Below are positions 55,561 to 64,000 of a stretch of DNA of 64,000 nt, one piece after another. Each line of letters opens with the position of its first letter. The stretch's first letter is position 1. Both the position numbers and the translations under genes were made by a program. The stretch covers positions 6,382 through 70,381 of the IMG/VR virus record IMGVR_UViG_2756170199_000004; one strand, given 5' to 3'. The stretch is from a virus. Lineage: Duplodnaviria; Caudoviricetes. The notes under the pieces were generated by a model, which saw only the letters and a program-made list of their open reading frames with translations, did no database searches and was not told the origin of the DNA.

Positions 55561-57774
55561 ATGACGTACGCTACCACCCTCTTCCGGACCAAGGGCCGCA
55601 ATGGCGCGCTGCCGGTTTCCCAGCTCGATCGGCTGATCGAGTCACTTCGCAGTGAGCAGAACGATCGTGGTGTCGCGTTCGCATCGTCGCAGATGACACG
55701 CGCGGCGCTCGCACTCGAAAGTATCGACTCCGCGGTGCAGATCGAGCTGAACAACACGCTCGACGGACTCTCGACCTCCCTTGAGTCAATTGTGGCGGAG
55801 CTGGGACTCGCCAAGGAACTCACTCAGGCCCAGCGCGATGCGGCCAACGCCGCGGGAATGCTCTCGGGCGATATCGCAGCCGCACTCCACCAGCCGATTC
55901 GCCATGAGCGCGTCTCCACCGAGAGCGTGAATTACCTGTCACCCGAAACGGGCGAATTCTTCTACGAGCGCATCCAGCCCGCACTCGAAGCGTACGACGA
56001 GAAAGAGAACAGGAACGCGGTCGTCTACATGGTGGCCTACAACATGATGGCCGCCCGGCAGGACGAGTTCGGCGAGGCCTTCTATCCAACCGTGGTCGTC
56101 GGCAACGATCAGGTGGGCTACACCGTGTCGATCCGGCTCATCGAGATCAGCAACGACATCCGCCGGCCGATATCGGGCGATGCATCGAACAACTTCAATC
56201 GGCGCAACATCGTCCAGGCAGTGATCTATCCGGACCTGCTGCGCAACGACATCACGAAGGTGGTGCCCGTGGTGCGCGACGACTCCGCGAAATACTTCGT
56301 CGATCCGGCGCTGGTCGCACCCTACAGTGTGCTGCTGACCGACGGTAGCGCGTCGAACACCGCGCCGCTTGCGATTGGCAAGAAGTTCTCGCTCATCAAC
56401 ATCTCGCAGACCGAGTCGACGCTCGACAGTGGCCTGATGGACATCAGCGACGCGCTTGACACCAACGTCCTGCTCGACGCGGTGTACGTGTCCTTCACGA
56501 GCGGAGCCACGACGGAAGTGGTGAAGTTCCGCACGAGCGCCATGCAGCGAGCGACGTTCAATTTCGCTGTGCAGGGCTACTACCGGGAAATGAACCTGCA
56601 GTTTGACAGTGAGACGCTGCTGGTCGGGCCCAACACGGTGCTGGTGGATGGCGGCGAGTCAACCATTCTCGCGCCTATTGCCACCCAGGGCTATGAAGCG
56701 CGAGTGGGCCTCGACGTATTCGGGAAGGTCGTGCTCGAAACGGGTGACATTTCGCTGAACGCTTCCACGGTACGCCTGAATTCGATCAAGGACACCTCGG
56801 ACCAGTCTCTCGATCTCACCACAGGAACGGGCGCGACGCTGGCCGCGCTCTTCGACGGCGCGACCGTGATCGGCTACGACATCGACGCGCGTCGCACGAA
56901 CAGCAACAGACGTCAGCGCGGCAAGTTGCTCAACACCAACTTCTTCAGTCAGGTCTACACGGTACCGCTGCACGCGCCGATCACGATTCCGCGACCGATG
57001 CAGGTGGGCGACGTGAACGATTCGAGCGATCTGGCGGCGCTGATCACGGCCACGCGCATCATGACCAGCAACGATGCTGTCGATGCGATCTTTCGCCTGC
57101 GCGACCTGCTGGCCGAGACGACCAGCGCGCTCAATACGAGTCCAGTGCCGAACAATCCGCTCGACACCCCGGCGATCCTGGGCGTGTCGGCGTTCATCAT
57201 CCAGCCGGCGTACATGTACCGGGAACTGGCAGTGGATTCGGCACTGGATTCGCTTTCCGCCCACCAGCGTGCAGCAGACGTGCAGGCGTCGCTTGTCAAC
57301 GAGATTCGCGACATGGCTTACACGCTCTACGTGCAGTCCGGCTACAAGGCAGCCGCCGACGCGCGTGCGGGTGGCGTGGCGCCTGTGCCGACGGTTGTCA
57401 TCGGGACGGATCCATATATCGCGCGTTATCTGATGACGACCGGCGATCTGCGCACCATGGGGATTGCCTTCGACACGAAGGTTGTCTCAACACTCAATGA
57501 GCGCATGTCGGGCAGGATCGTGCTGTCGTTTGGAGACTTCTCGTCCGAGACGGCCGGCGTGCCGAATCCATTGCACTTCGGCAACATGGCATGGAAGCCG
57601 GAGACAACGGTGGTGCTACCGATGGTGCGCAATGGCGCGCAGTCCAAGGAACTCACCGTGCAGCCATCCTACGTGCACATCAACAACCTTGCGGTGCTGG
57701 GCATGATCGACGTTTCGGGCATCACGGCGGCGGCGACGTCGAAGGTGCCTGTGAACATGCGCACTGTGGCATGA
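55561..57774 (+). CDS. Major capsid protein precursor (phiKZ gp120-like)
   Basis: 737 aa; ALE-S and PALE-AYDEKE processing sites; NMMAARQDEFGEAFYPT; RRTNSNRRQRGKLL; FGNMAWKPE. Confidence 0.9.
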   Translation: MTYATTLFRTKGRNGALPVSQLDRLIESLRSEQNDRGVAFASSQMTRAALALESIDSAVQIELNNTLDGLSTSLESIVAELGLAKELTQAQRDAANAAGMLSGDIAAALHQPIRHERVSTESVNYLSPETGEFFYERIQPALEAYDEKENRNAVVYMVAYNMMAARQDEFGEAFYPTVVVGNDQVGYTVSIRLIEISNDIRRPISGDASNNFNRRNIVQAVIYPDLLRNDITKVVPVVRDDSAKYFVDPALVAPYSVLLTDGSASNTAPLAIGKKFSLINISQTESTLDSGLMDISDALDTNVLLDAVYVSFTSGATTEVVKFRTSAMQRATFNFAVQGYYREMNLQFDSETLLVGPNTVLVDGGESTILAPIATQGYEARVGLDVFGKVVLETGDISLNASTVRLNSIKDTSDQSLDLTTGTGATLAALFDGATVIGYDIDARRTNSNRRQRGKLLNTNFFSQVYTVPLHAPITIPRPMQVGDVNDSSDLAALITATRIMTSNDAVDAIFRLRDLLAETTSALNTSPVPNNPLDTPAILGVSAFIIQPAYMYRELAVDSALDSLSAHQRAADVQASLVNEIRDMAYTLYVQSGYKAAADARAGGVAPVPTVVIGTDPYIARYLMTTGDLRTMGIAFDTKVVSTLNERMSGRIVLSFGDFSSETAGVPNPLHFGNMAWKPETTVVLPMVRNGAQSKELTVQPSYVHINNLAVLGMIDVSGITAAATSKVPVNMRTVA

Positions 57775-57817
57775 ACCATGCGTTGTGCTGGCCGCTATTA
57801 CCCTGTCCAGGGGTTCG

Positions 57818-57856
57818 CACCCGCCCGGGTCTCGCGGCCCAGGCGGGTGTCTTTTT
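57818..57856 (+). terminator. Rho-independent terminator after MCP
   Basis: CACCCGCC...GGCGGGTG then TCTTTTT. Confidence 0.7.
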
Positions 57857-58037
57857 CGCCGCGATGTTTACCGATTATTTCAGCGTGCCAGGCGGGCCGG
57901 GAGGCCTGCCTTTATGCCGCTATGGATCTGGAAATGAAGCGCGTCAACGAACAATTCTTCGGCGATATATCACTGAACCGAGCGTCGCATCCACGTTGCG
58001 CACGCAGCAGCGCGAAAGCGATATTCGAGCCAGGCAA

Positions 58038-59240
58038 ATGCCACGAACGCAATCCAGCCGTCGAATGAGTTTTGACCAGAGCGACCATTTTGTGCCCCAA
58101 ACCTGGTACGGCACGCCGGTATTTTCCGTCGTCGGAACCAGTGAGGTGTATGCAAGCCACCAGAACCAGCAGTTCGAGAGGAATACACGATACTTCAATT
58201 ACCTGCCGCACGCCGTGACCGTACTGGAGCGTAATGGCCTGTGCACGCAATTTCCACCTGTAGCTGACCCGAACCGATGTGAATTCGTTATCCAGACAGA
58301 CTGGCGACTGCACCGGAATCTGCAAACACAATTCATGCAGACGCTGAAGGACGGTCACGAAATAGAACCAAAAAGCGTTGCAATCCTTCGCGATTGTCTC
58401 AGGCAGGTCAAGCCGGATCGATGGGATCAGTGGCTGACGATTCGCTGCGAGATATCCATAACGCGCGAAGAGTTGATTCATCACGACGGTGAGATTTACG
58501 ATAACGAGAACGACGTCGTCATTTCAAGTGCGAGCGGAATTAACGCTGGCCCTCATCCGTTCAGTGAATCGGGACGGTTTCTGACGGAGTTGCAATCGCG
58601 GCCGGATGACGTCGCCGCGAATGCGTTCTACGAGAGCATCCGGATCGTCGACAACGAAGGCACAAACGGAGACTGGTTCATTAACCGCAACGGCGACGTC
58701 ATCCAGATCACCGCTGTACGGGACCGTACGAGACAAAGCGGTGTCTGGGTGATGCGAAACCGGCCACATTCGAACGCTGCGTCATCGGGGCGGATCGGTT
58801 GGCGGCGCCACGCATTCGACGCTGCAGAGGATGCACTCGGCCTGTACAAATCTTACGCGGCCGCCAAACACTATGGTGATACGGAGACGAGCCGGAAAAT
58901 GAAGCTCGCCGTGCAGGAAGAAAAACTCACGCGCGAGAAAAGCAGGCTGAACAGGCAAAAGGTCGAGCAGCAGCGGGAACAGCAGGAGTGGGAGCGGGAA
59001 AAGGCAAAGACGCAGATGGAAATGGAGCGCCGGCAGGCCATCTGGGCGGAAGAAGCCGCGCGTGCGAAGTACCAGCATGAGCAGGCGCGATACCGGTATG
59101 ACCAGCAGATGCAGGAGGCAAAGCAGGCAGCCGAAAGGCGAAAGGAAACCGGCGAGTGGATCAAGCAACTCACTGGCGTATTGAGCGCCGTCGCGCTTGC
59201 GTGGCTTGCGTACAGGACGGCGAAGGTGCAGGCGAAGTAA
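58038..59240 (+). CDS. Conserved phiKZ-like protein with C-terminal coiled coil and hydrophobic tail (gp122-like)
   Basis: LGLYKSYAAAKHYGD, E/Q/K-rich coil, terminal VLSAVALAWLAY; start uncertain. Confidence 0.65.
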   Translation: MPRTQSSRRMSFDQSDHFVPQTWYGTPVFSVVGTSEVYASHQNQQFERNTRYFNYLPHAVTVLERNGLCTQFPPVADPNRCEFVIQTDWRLHRNLQTQFMQTLKDGHEIEPKSVAILRDCLRQVKPDRWDQWLTIRCEISITREELIHHDGEIYDNENDVVISSASGINAGPHPFSESGRFLTELQSRPDDVAANAFYESIRIVDNEGTNGDWFINRNGDVIQITAVRDRTRQSGVWVMRNRPHSNAASSGRIGWRRHAFDAAEDALGLYKSYAAAKHYGDTETSRKMKLAVQEEKLTREKSRLNRQKVEQQREQQEWEREKAKTQMEMERRQAIWAEEAARAKYQHEQARYRYDQQMQEAKQAAERRKETGEWIKQLTGVLSAVALAWLAYRTAKVQAK

Positions 59241-59287
59241 CGAGACCGGAATCGTGCCAGGCGTGGACAGGCATCCGGTGATGGAGA

Positions 59288-60940
59288 ATGAAAATTGACC
59301 CCGAAATTGAAAGACTGATCGACGCGCATACGCCGCGTCTGAATCCCTCGATTGCAAACGGTATTGCGGTCGAGCACCTGCAGCAGGTTCACGTAATCAA
59401 TTACATCGATTCCGCATTTCGTGATGCCGCGAAGGGCTTTCCTGAATGGCTGACGTACGAAGGATGTCGTGTATGTACACCTACCGAAGAATATTTCGAG
59501 GCATCGCGCAAGCAGGGAAATAGTCGCAGAACAATCGATATTGCGCGGTCCGATCTGTATCTCGTGAAATTCTTTTTCAGATTCCGGGATGAAGAAATTG
59601 TGCGTCACATGTATTTGCCGTTTGTTGGCGATGCTGGTTGCATAACGCTCAGTGGATCACGTTTCTTTGTTTCACCCGTGCTCGCGGACCCTATTATCAG
59701 TGTTGGCACGGAAAGTGTTTTTGTCCGCCTGCGACGTGACCTGCTCACCTTCAGGCGCACAGCACATTACTTCGTGGCGGATGGTCGAATTGACCAGGCG
59801 AGCGTTGCGTGGTCCATGGTGTATCACAACAAGCAGAAGAAGATGCGCAACGTCCAGCCGACGGTCAAGATGTATCCGAGCGTCGCACATTATCTCTTCT
59901 GCAAATACGGGCTCGTGAAGACATTCGAGCAGTATGCGCACTGCTCGCCGGTGATCGGTGGCACCGAGATCACTCCCGAAGACTACCCTCCGGAAGAGTG
60001 GGTAATCTGCAGCAGCCGGCAGTTCAAGCCGCGTGGGTTCTTGCAGGGCCTGTATGAGCCATCACAGCTGCGCATCGCGGTGAAGCGCGAGGATTATGCG
60101 CGGCTCGTCGTGAAGAACCTGATCGGCGGCCTCTTCTATATTGCCGATCACTTTCCGACACGCGTACGCCCGGAGTACGTGAACAATTCGACGCCTGCGT
60201 GGATGGATAACACGCGCACGTGGATCATACTGATGGGACACGTGCTTTTTTCCGGACATATGCCAGAAGGTGTGCTGGCCGATGAAATAAACAAACATCT
60301 GAAATCACTCGACGAGTACGTCGACAGTTTCGTGTTGAAGAAATTCAACGCAATCGGGCTGCCGGTCACGGATCTCTACCAGTTCTTTGCAGTTGTGGTG
60401 GGGAAAATCAGCGAGTGGATTTTCGAGGGTGCAGAGCACATCAACAGCATGTACGACAAGGAGCTTTCGGTTTTGTATTTTGTGTTACAGGACATCACGA
60501 AAGCCATCATGCAGCTTTATTATAAAGTGACGGCCGTCGGCGCGAAGGATGTCACGCGCAAGGACATCGAAGACCGCATGAGAAATACGATAACAACAGG
60601 TCTCATTTACCGCATTACCAGGCTGCACCCGGAAGTCACCCCACAGTCGAGCTCAGGAGACAACAAGGCACTGAAAATCACTGGCGTGCTGGTTCCGCAG
60701 TCGGACAGCTCCAGACAGGGTGGCAGGAAAAAGCGTGCAACGCTCGACGACCCCACGAAGTTTCTGCATGTCTCGATTGCAGAAGTGGGCGGATACAGCA
60801 ACCTGCCGAAATCTGACCCCACCGGCCATCACCGGTTGAACCCGTGGCTTACCGTTGATCCCTCGGGTCTGGTGCTTCGTAACCCGAAATTCGTTGAGAT
60901 GCTCAATCGCATCCAGACGGAGATTACGCGTTCGCGATAA
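59288..60940 (+). CDS. Non-virion RNA polymerase beta subunit (phiKZ gp123-like)
   Basis: HTPRLNPSIANGI, SDLYLVKFFF, MYLPFV, LSGSRFFVSPVLAD, HVSIAEVGGY...K..PTG..RLNP. Confidence 0.85.
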   Translation: MKIDPEIERLIDAHTPRLNPSIANGIAVEHLQQVHVINYIDSAFRDAAKGFPEWLTYEGCRVCTPTEEYFEASRKQGNSRRTIDIARSDLYLVKFFFRFRDEEIVRHMYLPFVGDAGCITLSGSRFFVSPVLADPIISVGTESVFVRLRRDLLTFRRTAHYFVADGRIDQASVAWSMVYHNKQKKMRNVQPTVKMYPSVAHYLFCKYGLVKTFEQYAHCSPVIGGTEITPEDYPPEEWVICSSRQFKPRGFLQGLYEPSQLRIAVKREDYARLVVKNLIGGLFYIADHFPTRVRPEYVNNSTPAWMDNTRTWIILMGHVLFSGHMPEGVLADEINKHLKSLDEYVDSFVLKKFNAIGLPVTDLYQFFAVVVGKISEWIFEGAEHINSMYDKELSVLYFVLQDITKAIMQLYYKVTAVGAKDVTRKDIEDRMRNTITTGLIYRITRLHPEVTPQSSSGDNKALKITGVLVPQSDSSRQGGRKKRATLDDPTKFLHVSIAEVGGYSNLPKSDPTGHHRLNPWLTVDPSGLVLRNPKFVEMLNRIQTEITRSR

Positions 60941-61007
60941 CCCTTGCCCTCCCTTTTTGCATCGACTCCTCCTGAACAGTAGTGGACTTTACAAGGAACC
61001 CTTTTTC

Positions 61008-62999
61008 ATGCTTTCGACGTTTTCCCCAACCACGCGTCATGAACTGCCGGCGAGCCCGGATGTACTGGAGAGAGGTTTCCTGCGTTTTTCGGTGCAGGAT
61101 CCACCGTTCGTGCCGAGCATCCAGATTGAAGAATGGATGTTCGGTTACGTAAAAGTCGTGGCCGGTCTGAGTGCGGCCATGATCCAGCACCACGCCGAAG
61201 ACAATGCGCTGCGCCGGTTCGTCTTTAACCTGTTTTCGAGAGATGACTTTTGTAATAAAGAATTCGCGGCGCTGGTCAAGGGCATTCTGGACTACATCGT
61301 GCTCACGCTGGTGGAGCGTCCCGATTACCGGGTTGACGAGAACCTGGAGGCGATCGTCAGGGAGAGCCTCGAACTCACGACCGTGAAGATGACGGAGGTC
61401 TTTCCGGCGCTGCAAAACTCCCTGCGTTTTCTGAATCAGGAAGAGTTGAGGCGGATGAACGATCTCATCAGGGCCTTCAATGCGATGTCGTTCGAGATCG
61501 AACGGTTTCGCGCACAGCGCGGATACCTGCCGTACCGGCCGGGCTCCATGAGAAGCGACGCACCCATTTACGACGCGACAGGAGGCGCGTCCCGTTTCGG
61601 TGGTGCCCGCATGAGCGGGATTTATCCCGACTTCGGCCGTGATGCATACAGCTCGACGCTGCCGGCGAGCTACGGTGCGGTACAGGATGCATCGGCACAG
61701 CTTCTTGGCGGCGGACACGTTCCGCATGCCAGTACGTCCCGGCCTGGTGAGACGTTCAGCAGCCGGTTCTCGAACTTCACGGACACGAGCGAGCCGCGCT
61801 ACGCGAGCGCGAATGGGTCCACACATGGAAACAGCACAATGAATGCAGTCATGGAGGGAAAGCCCGCGGCGCATGACGGCCCGCTCGAGGATGCAGGGAA
61901 TACTGAACTCGTGTGGAAGCCGTTTGACGCGCAGCCCTATCACCCGATGTACAACCCGCAGAGGTCCCGGCTCTTCTATCAGCGTCTGGCCAGCAAACGC
62001 GTGTTCGCCGTTGTGAAGGCGCGCGGAGGTGAGATGGAGTACGACCGCCACATGACGAAGAGTGTTTTCGGTCCCATTCCACCGCTGCTCGATCTCGACG
62101 ACAGCGAAGGCGTGATGGGCCGCCTGCAGGAGGGCCTGCGCGAGATCAAGGAGGAAAGGCAGGCACGCGAGGACAACGAGGAGCCCGCGTTGAGCACTCG
62201 GGTGCGTAGCGAGGTGGTGTATGAGGACTCCTCGCTCGCGGGTATCTGGTTGCAGGTTGCGTATGAATGGCAGGCGGCGGCTGTCGACGGAAGGCGCCCA
62301 GGCATCTACCGGCTGTATGGCGAGGTGTACGACATCGCGGTGAGCGATCGCGACGAGAGCGGCTTCGTCGAGAAGTTGCGCACCGCAGGGACATTCAGCA
62401 ATCTGCGCGCCATTCTGGATGACGAGTTTGGGGAGGTGTCCGACAGCATCTGGTACAAGGCCAACGAGCGCGCCACAAGTCTCATCAACCGCATCCTCAC
62501 GCTGAATCTCGGTCTGCACGACGCGGAAATCGGTTCGTTCACCGAGGACTTCGAGCCCCTGATGCAAATGTTGCGCCAGATCTGGGGTGACGCGATGGCC
62601 GAGGCTCTGGAGCGACGCCAGCGCCATCAGATCGCGGCAATCTACCGCGCGGCGGAAGACAAGACCCGGGAGTGTGTTGAAAAGAACATGCTGGAGGCTT
62701 CGCCCGAGCCGTGCACGAAACCCGAGCTCACCTTCATGTCGTCGCGATCGAGCCTCACGTTCGTGGACTGCACTTCACACGAGCTGTCTGTCGAATGGGC
62801 GGAGGGTACGACCGCGCTCGTCACGAAGGGCGACGCGCCCGTGCTTCACCAGATCGTCCATGACATCGTGGCAGAGGCACATGCGCTCAATATGAACCTG
62901 GAGCAGTACCTGCTGCAAACGTCGGACGGGAAAATCATCGAAATCGGCAGCGCGTTCCTGGCCGACGACGATGACCATGTGGTACGTCTTCTAAAGTAA
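61008..62999 (+). CDS. Conserved phiKZ-like protein following the nvRNAP beta gene
   Basis: AAGGA RBS; synteny; acidic C-terminal half. Confidence 0.6.
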   Translation: MLSTFSPTTRHELPASPDVLERGFLRFSVQDPPFVPSIQIEEWMFGYVKVVAGLSAAMIQHHAEDNALRRFVFNLFSRDDFCNKEFAALVKGILDYIVLTLVERPDYRVDENLEAIVRESLELTTVKMTEVFPALQNSLRFLNQEELRRMNDLIRAFNAMSFEIERFRAQRGYLPYRPGSMRSDAPIYDATGGASRFGGARMSGIYPDFGRDAYSSTLPASYGAVQDASAQLLGGGHVPHASTSRPGETFSSRFSNFTDTSEPRYASANGSTHGNSTMNAVMEGKPAAHDGPLEDAGNTELVWKPFDAQPYHPMYNPQRSRLFYQRLASKRVFAVVKARGGEMEYDRHMTKSVFGPIPPLLDLDDSEGVMGRLQEGLREIKEERQAREDNEEPALSTRVRSEVVYEDSSLAGIWLQVAYEWQAAAVDGRRPGIYRLYGEVYDIAVSDRDESGFVEKLRTAGTFSNLRAILDDEFGEVSDSIWYKANERATSLINRILTLNLGLHDAEIGSFTEDFEPLMQMLRQIWGDAMAEALERRQRHQIAAIYRAAEDKTRECVEKNMLEASPEPCTKPELTFMSSRSSLTFVDCTSHELSVEWAEGTTALVTKGDAPVLHQIVHDIVAEAHALNMNLEQYLLQTSDGKIIEIGSAFLADDDDHVVRLLK

Positions 63000-63102
63000 G
63001 CAGTACAGATCTGGTCCGCAGGAGCTGCGCGCGGCGCGGCAGGATACGGCTTGACCTGTCGGATTGGGTTGCAACGTCCTCAAGTTAATAAGGAGTACGA
63101 CA

Positions 63103-63513
63103 ATGAGCAAGAAGGAAGCCCCCCTTGAAGTCATCGTTCAGGGTGGGTCTATCGAAGCCAGCACAGCGGTGTATGGCGTTGTGCAACATGCGCTGTCCGA
63201 TGCCGGCTTTACCGCGGTGACGGCTTCGTCGCCACAGGGCGCGAAAGCCGCGCACGTGGAGAAGGTTCCCACGATGCTCGATGCGGTCCGGGCTGCGCGC
63301 CCGGAACTCTTCGAGACGCCCATCTGCGTGAGGCAGGACGCGAGCGCGGAGGAAGTCGCGTCGCTCATCGTGGACAATCCCGATCAGCTCGATCTCGGGC
63401 ATATCGCCTACGGGATGGGTGAAGCGGGCAATGACACCGCGGAAGATGCGGCTGATGCGAGCCAGAAGGTCGAACAGCGGGAGGAACCGGAGGCTGTCGG
63501 TGAGGGCGTCTGA
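63103..63513 (+). CDS. Small acidic hypothetical protein
   Basis: TAAGGAG RBS. Confidence 0.65.
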   Translation: MSKKEAPLEVIVQGGSIEASTAVYGVVQHALSDAGFTAVTASSPQGAKAAHVEKVPTMLDAVRAARPELFETPICVRQDASAEEVASLIVDNPDQLDLGHIAYGMGEAGNDTAEDAADASQKVEQREEPEAVGEGV

Positions 63514-63640
63514 GCGGTAACCGATCGGGTTTCAATGGCGGTCCATGACACACCCTGCGCGCGGTGGCGCGCAGGGTTGGATGGGTGCTGCTTTTTTGGG
63601 CCAATGCCGCACTCGCGGCGCAGGTCCGCAAGGAGTTCAC

Positions 63641-64000
63641 GTGAGCAAGAACCGTAGTGAAGCCGACAGGCGCAGTGAGAACACCATGAAGCTGCTCGCC
63701 GCGATGACACCAGGCGAGCGCTACACCGTCGCAGAACTGGCGAGCAGAACGGGCTGGACGGTGCCGGGCACACGGATGAATCTGCGTGTTGCGCAGGATC
63801 AGGGGCTTGTCTGGCAGCGTTTCACCTCTGGTACCCGGCCCCAGGACTGGCAGCGTCCCTTGCCCTCGCGTAAGGGACTGCTGCCCACTGTTGCCGCAGG
63901 TGAAGGCGCCGGGGTTGAGATCGGTTACCGCAGCATCGAAGGTTACGAGCAGCAGTGGCATACGTTTCGCGATCTTTGCATGCTGGCTCATCAACACTAG
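63641..64000 (+). CDS. Small winged-helix-like DNA-binding protein
   Basis: AAGGAG RBS + GTG; MTPGERYTVAELASRTGWTVPGTRMNLRVAQDQGLV; TAG at the window end. Confidence 0.55.
   Translation: MSKNRSEADRRSENTMKLLAAMTPGERYTVAELASRTGWTVPGTRMNLRVAQDQGLVWQRFTSGTRPQDWQRPLPSRKGLLPTVAAGEGAGVEIGYRSIEGYEQQWHTFRDLCMLAHQH

Noticed and set aside
28709-63105. Identical TAAGGAGTACGA before the starts at 28723 and 63103
   Set aside because: Mostly a consensus Shine-Dalgarno; the extra five bases may be chance, and no promoter motif precedes 63103
1-64000. tRNA, rRNA, CRISPR array, integrase/att site, chimallin or PhuZ genes, introns/inteins
   Set aside because: No matching patterns seen by eye; core genes are of expected length and uninterrupted; tRNAscan/Infernal would be needed to exclude them fully

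Overview
This window is part of a phiKZ-like (Chimalliviridae-type, nucleus-forming) jumbo phage genome with high GC for this group. I see no bacterial housekeeping genes, rRNA, tRNA, CRISPR array or integration boundary. The left arm (0-27.8 kb) and right arm (49.7-63 kb) are conserved core modules in roughly phiKZ gp80-gp101 and gp118-gp124 order. They include a virion RNAP beta' subunit, the exonuclease half of a split PolB, baseplate and tail proteins, inner-head proteins with A/S-x-E processing sites, an SNF2-like helicase, a DnaB-like helicase, the major capsid protein and a non-virion RNAP beta subunit. Between the arms lies a ~22 kb accessory region with a beta-helix tailspike, four copies of a GH54-like/LamG adhesin domain, five copies of a bipartite early-promoter-like motif, two membrane-microprotein cassettes and a candidate structured RNA. 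The region also holds a candidate counter-defence cluster: a DarG-like macrodomain, plus a beta-clamp homologue overlapping an orphan SocA/Panacea antitoxin. That clamp + Panacea pair is the best candidate for an undescribed system. All assignments, including phiKZ gp numbers, come from motif recognition and synteny by eye; no database searches were run. Many starts were moved to the codon with the best RBS.
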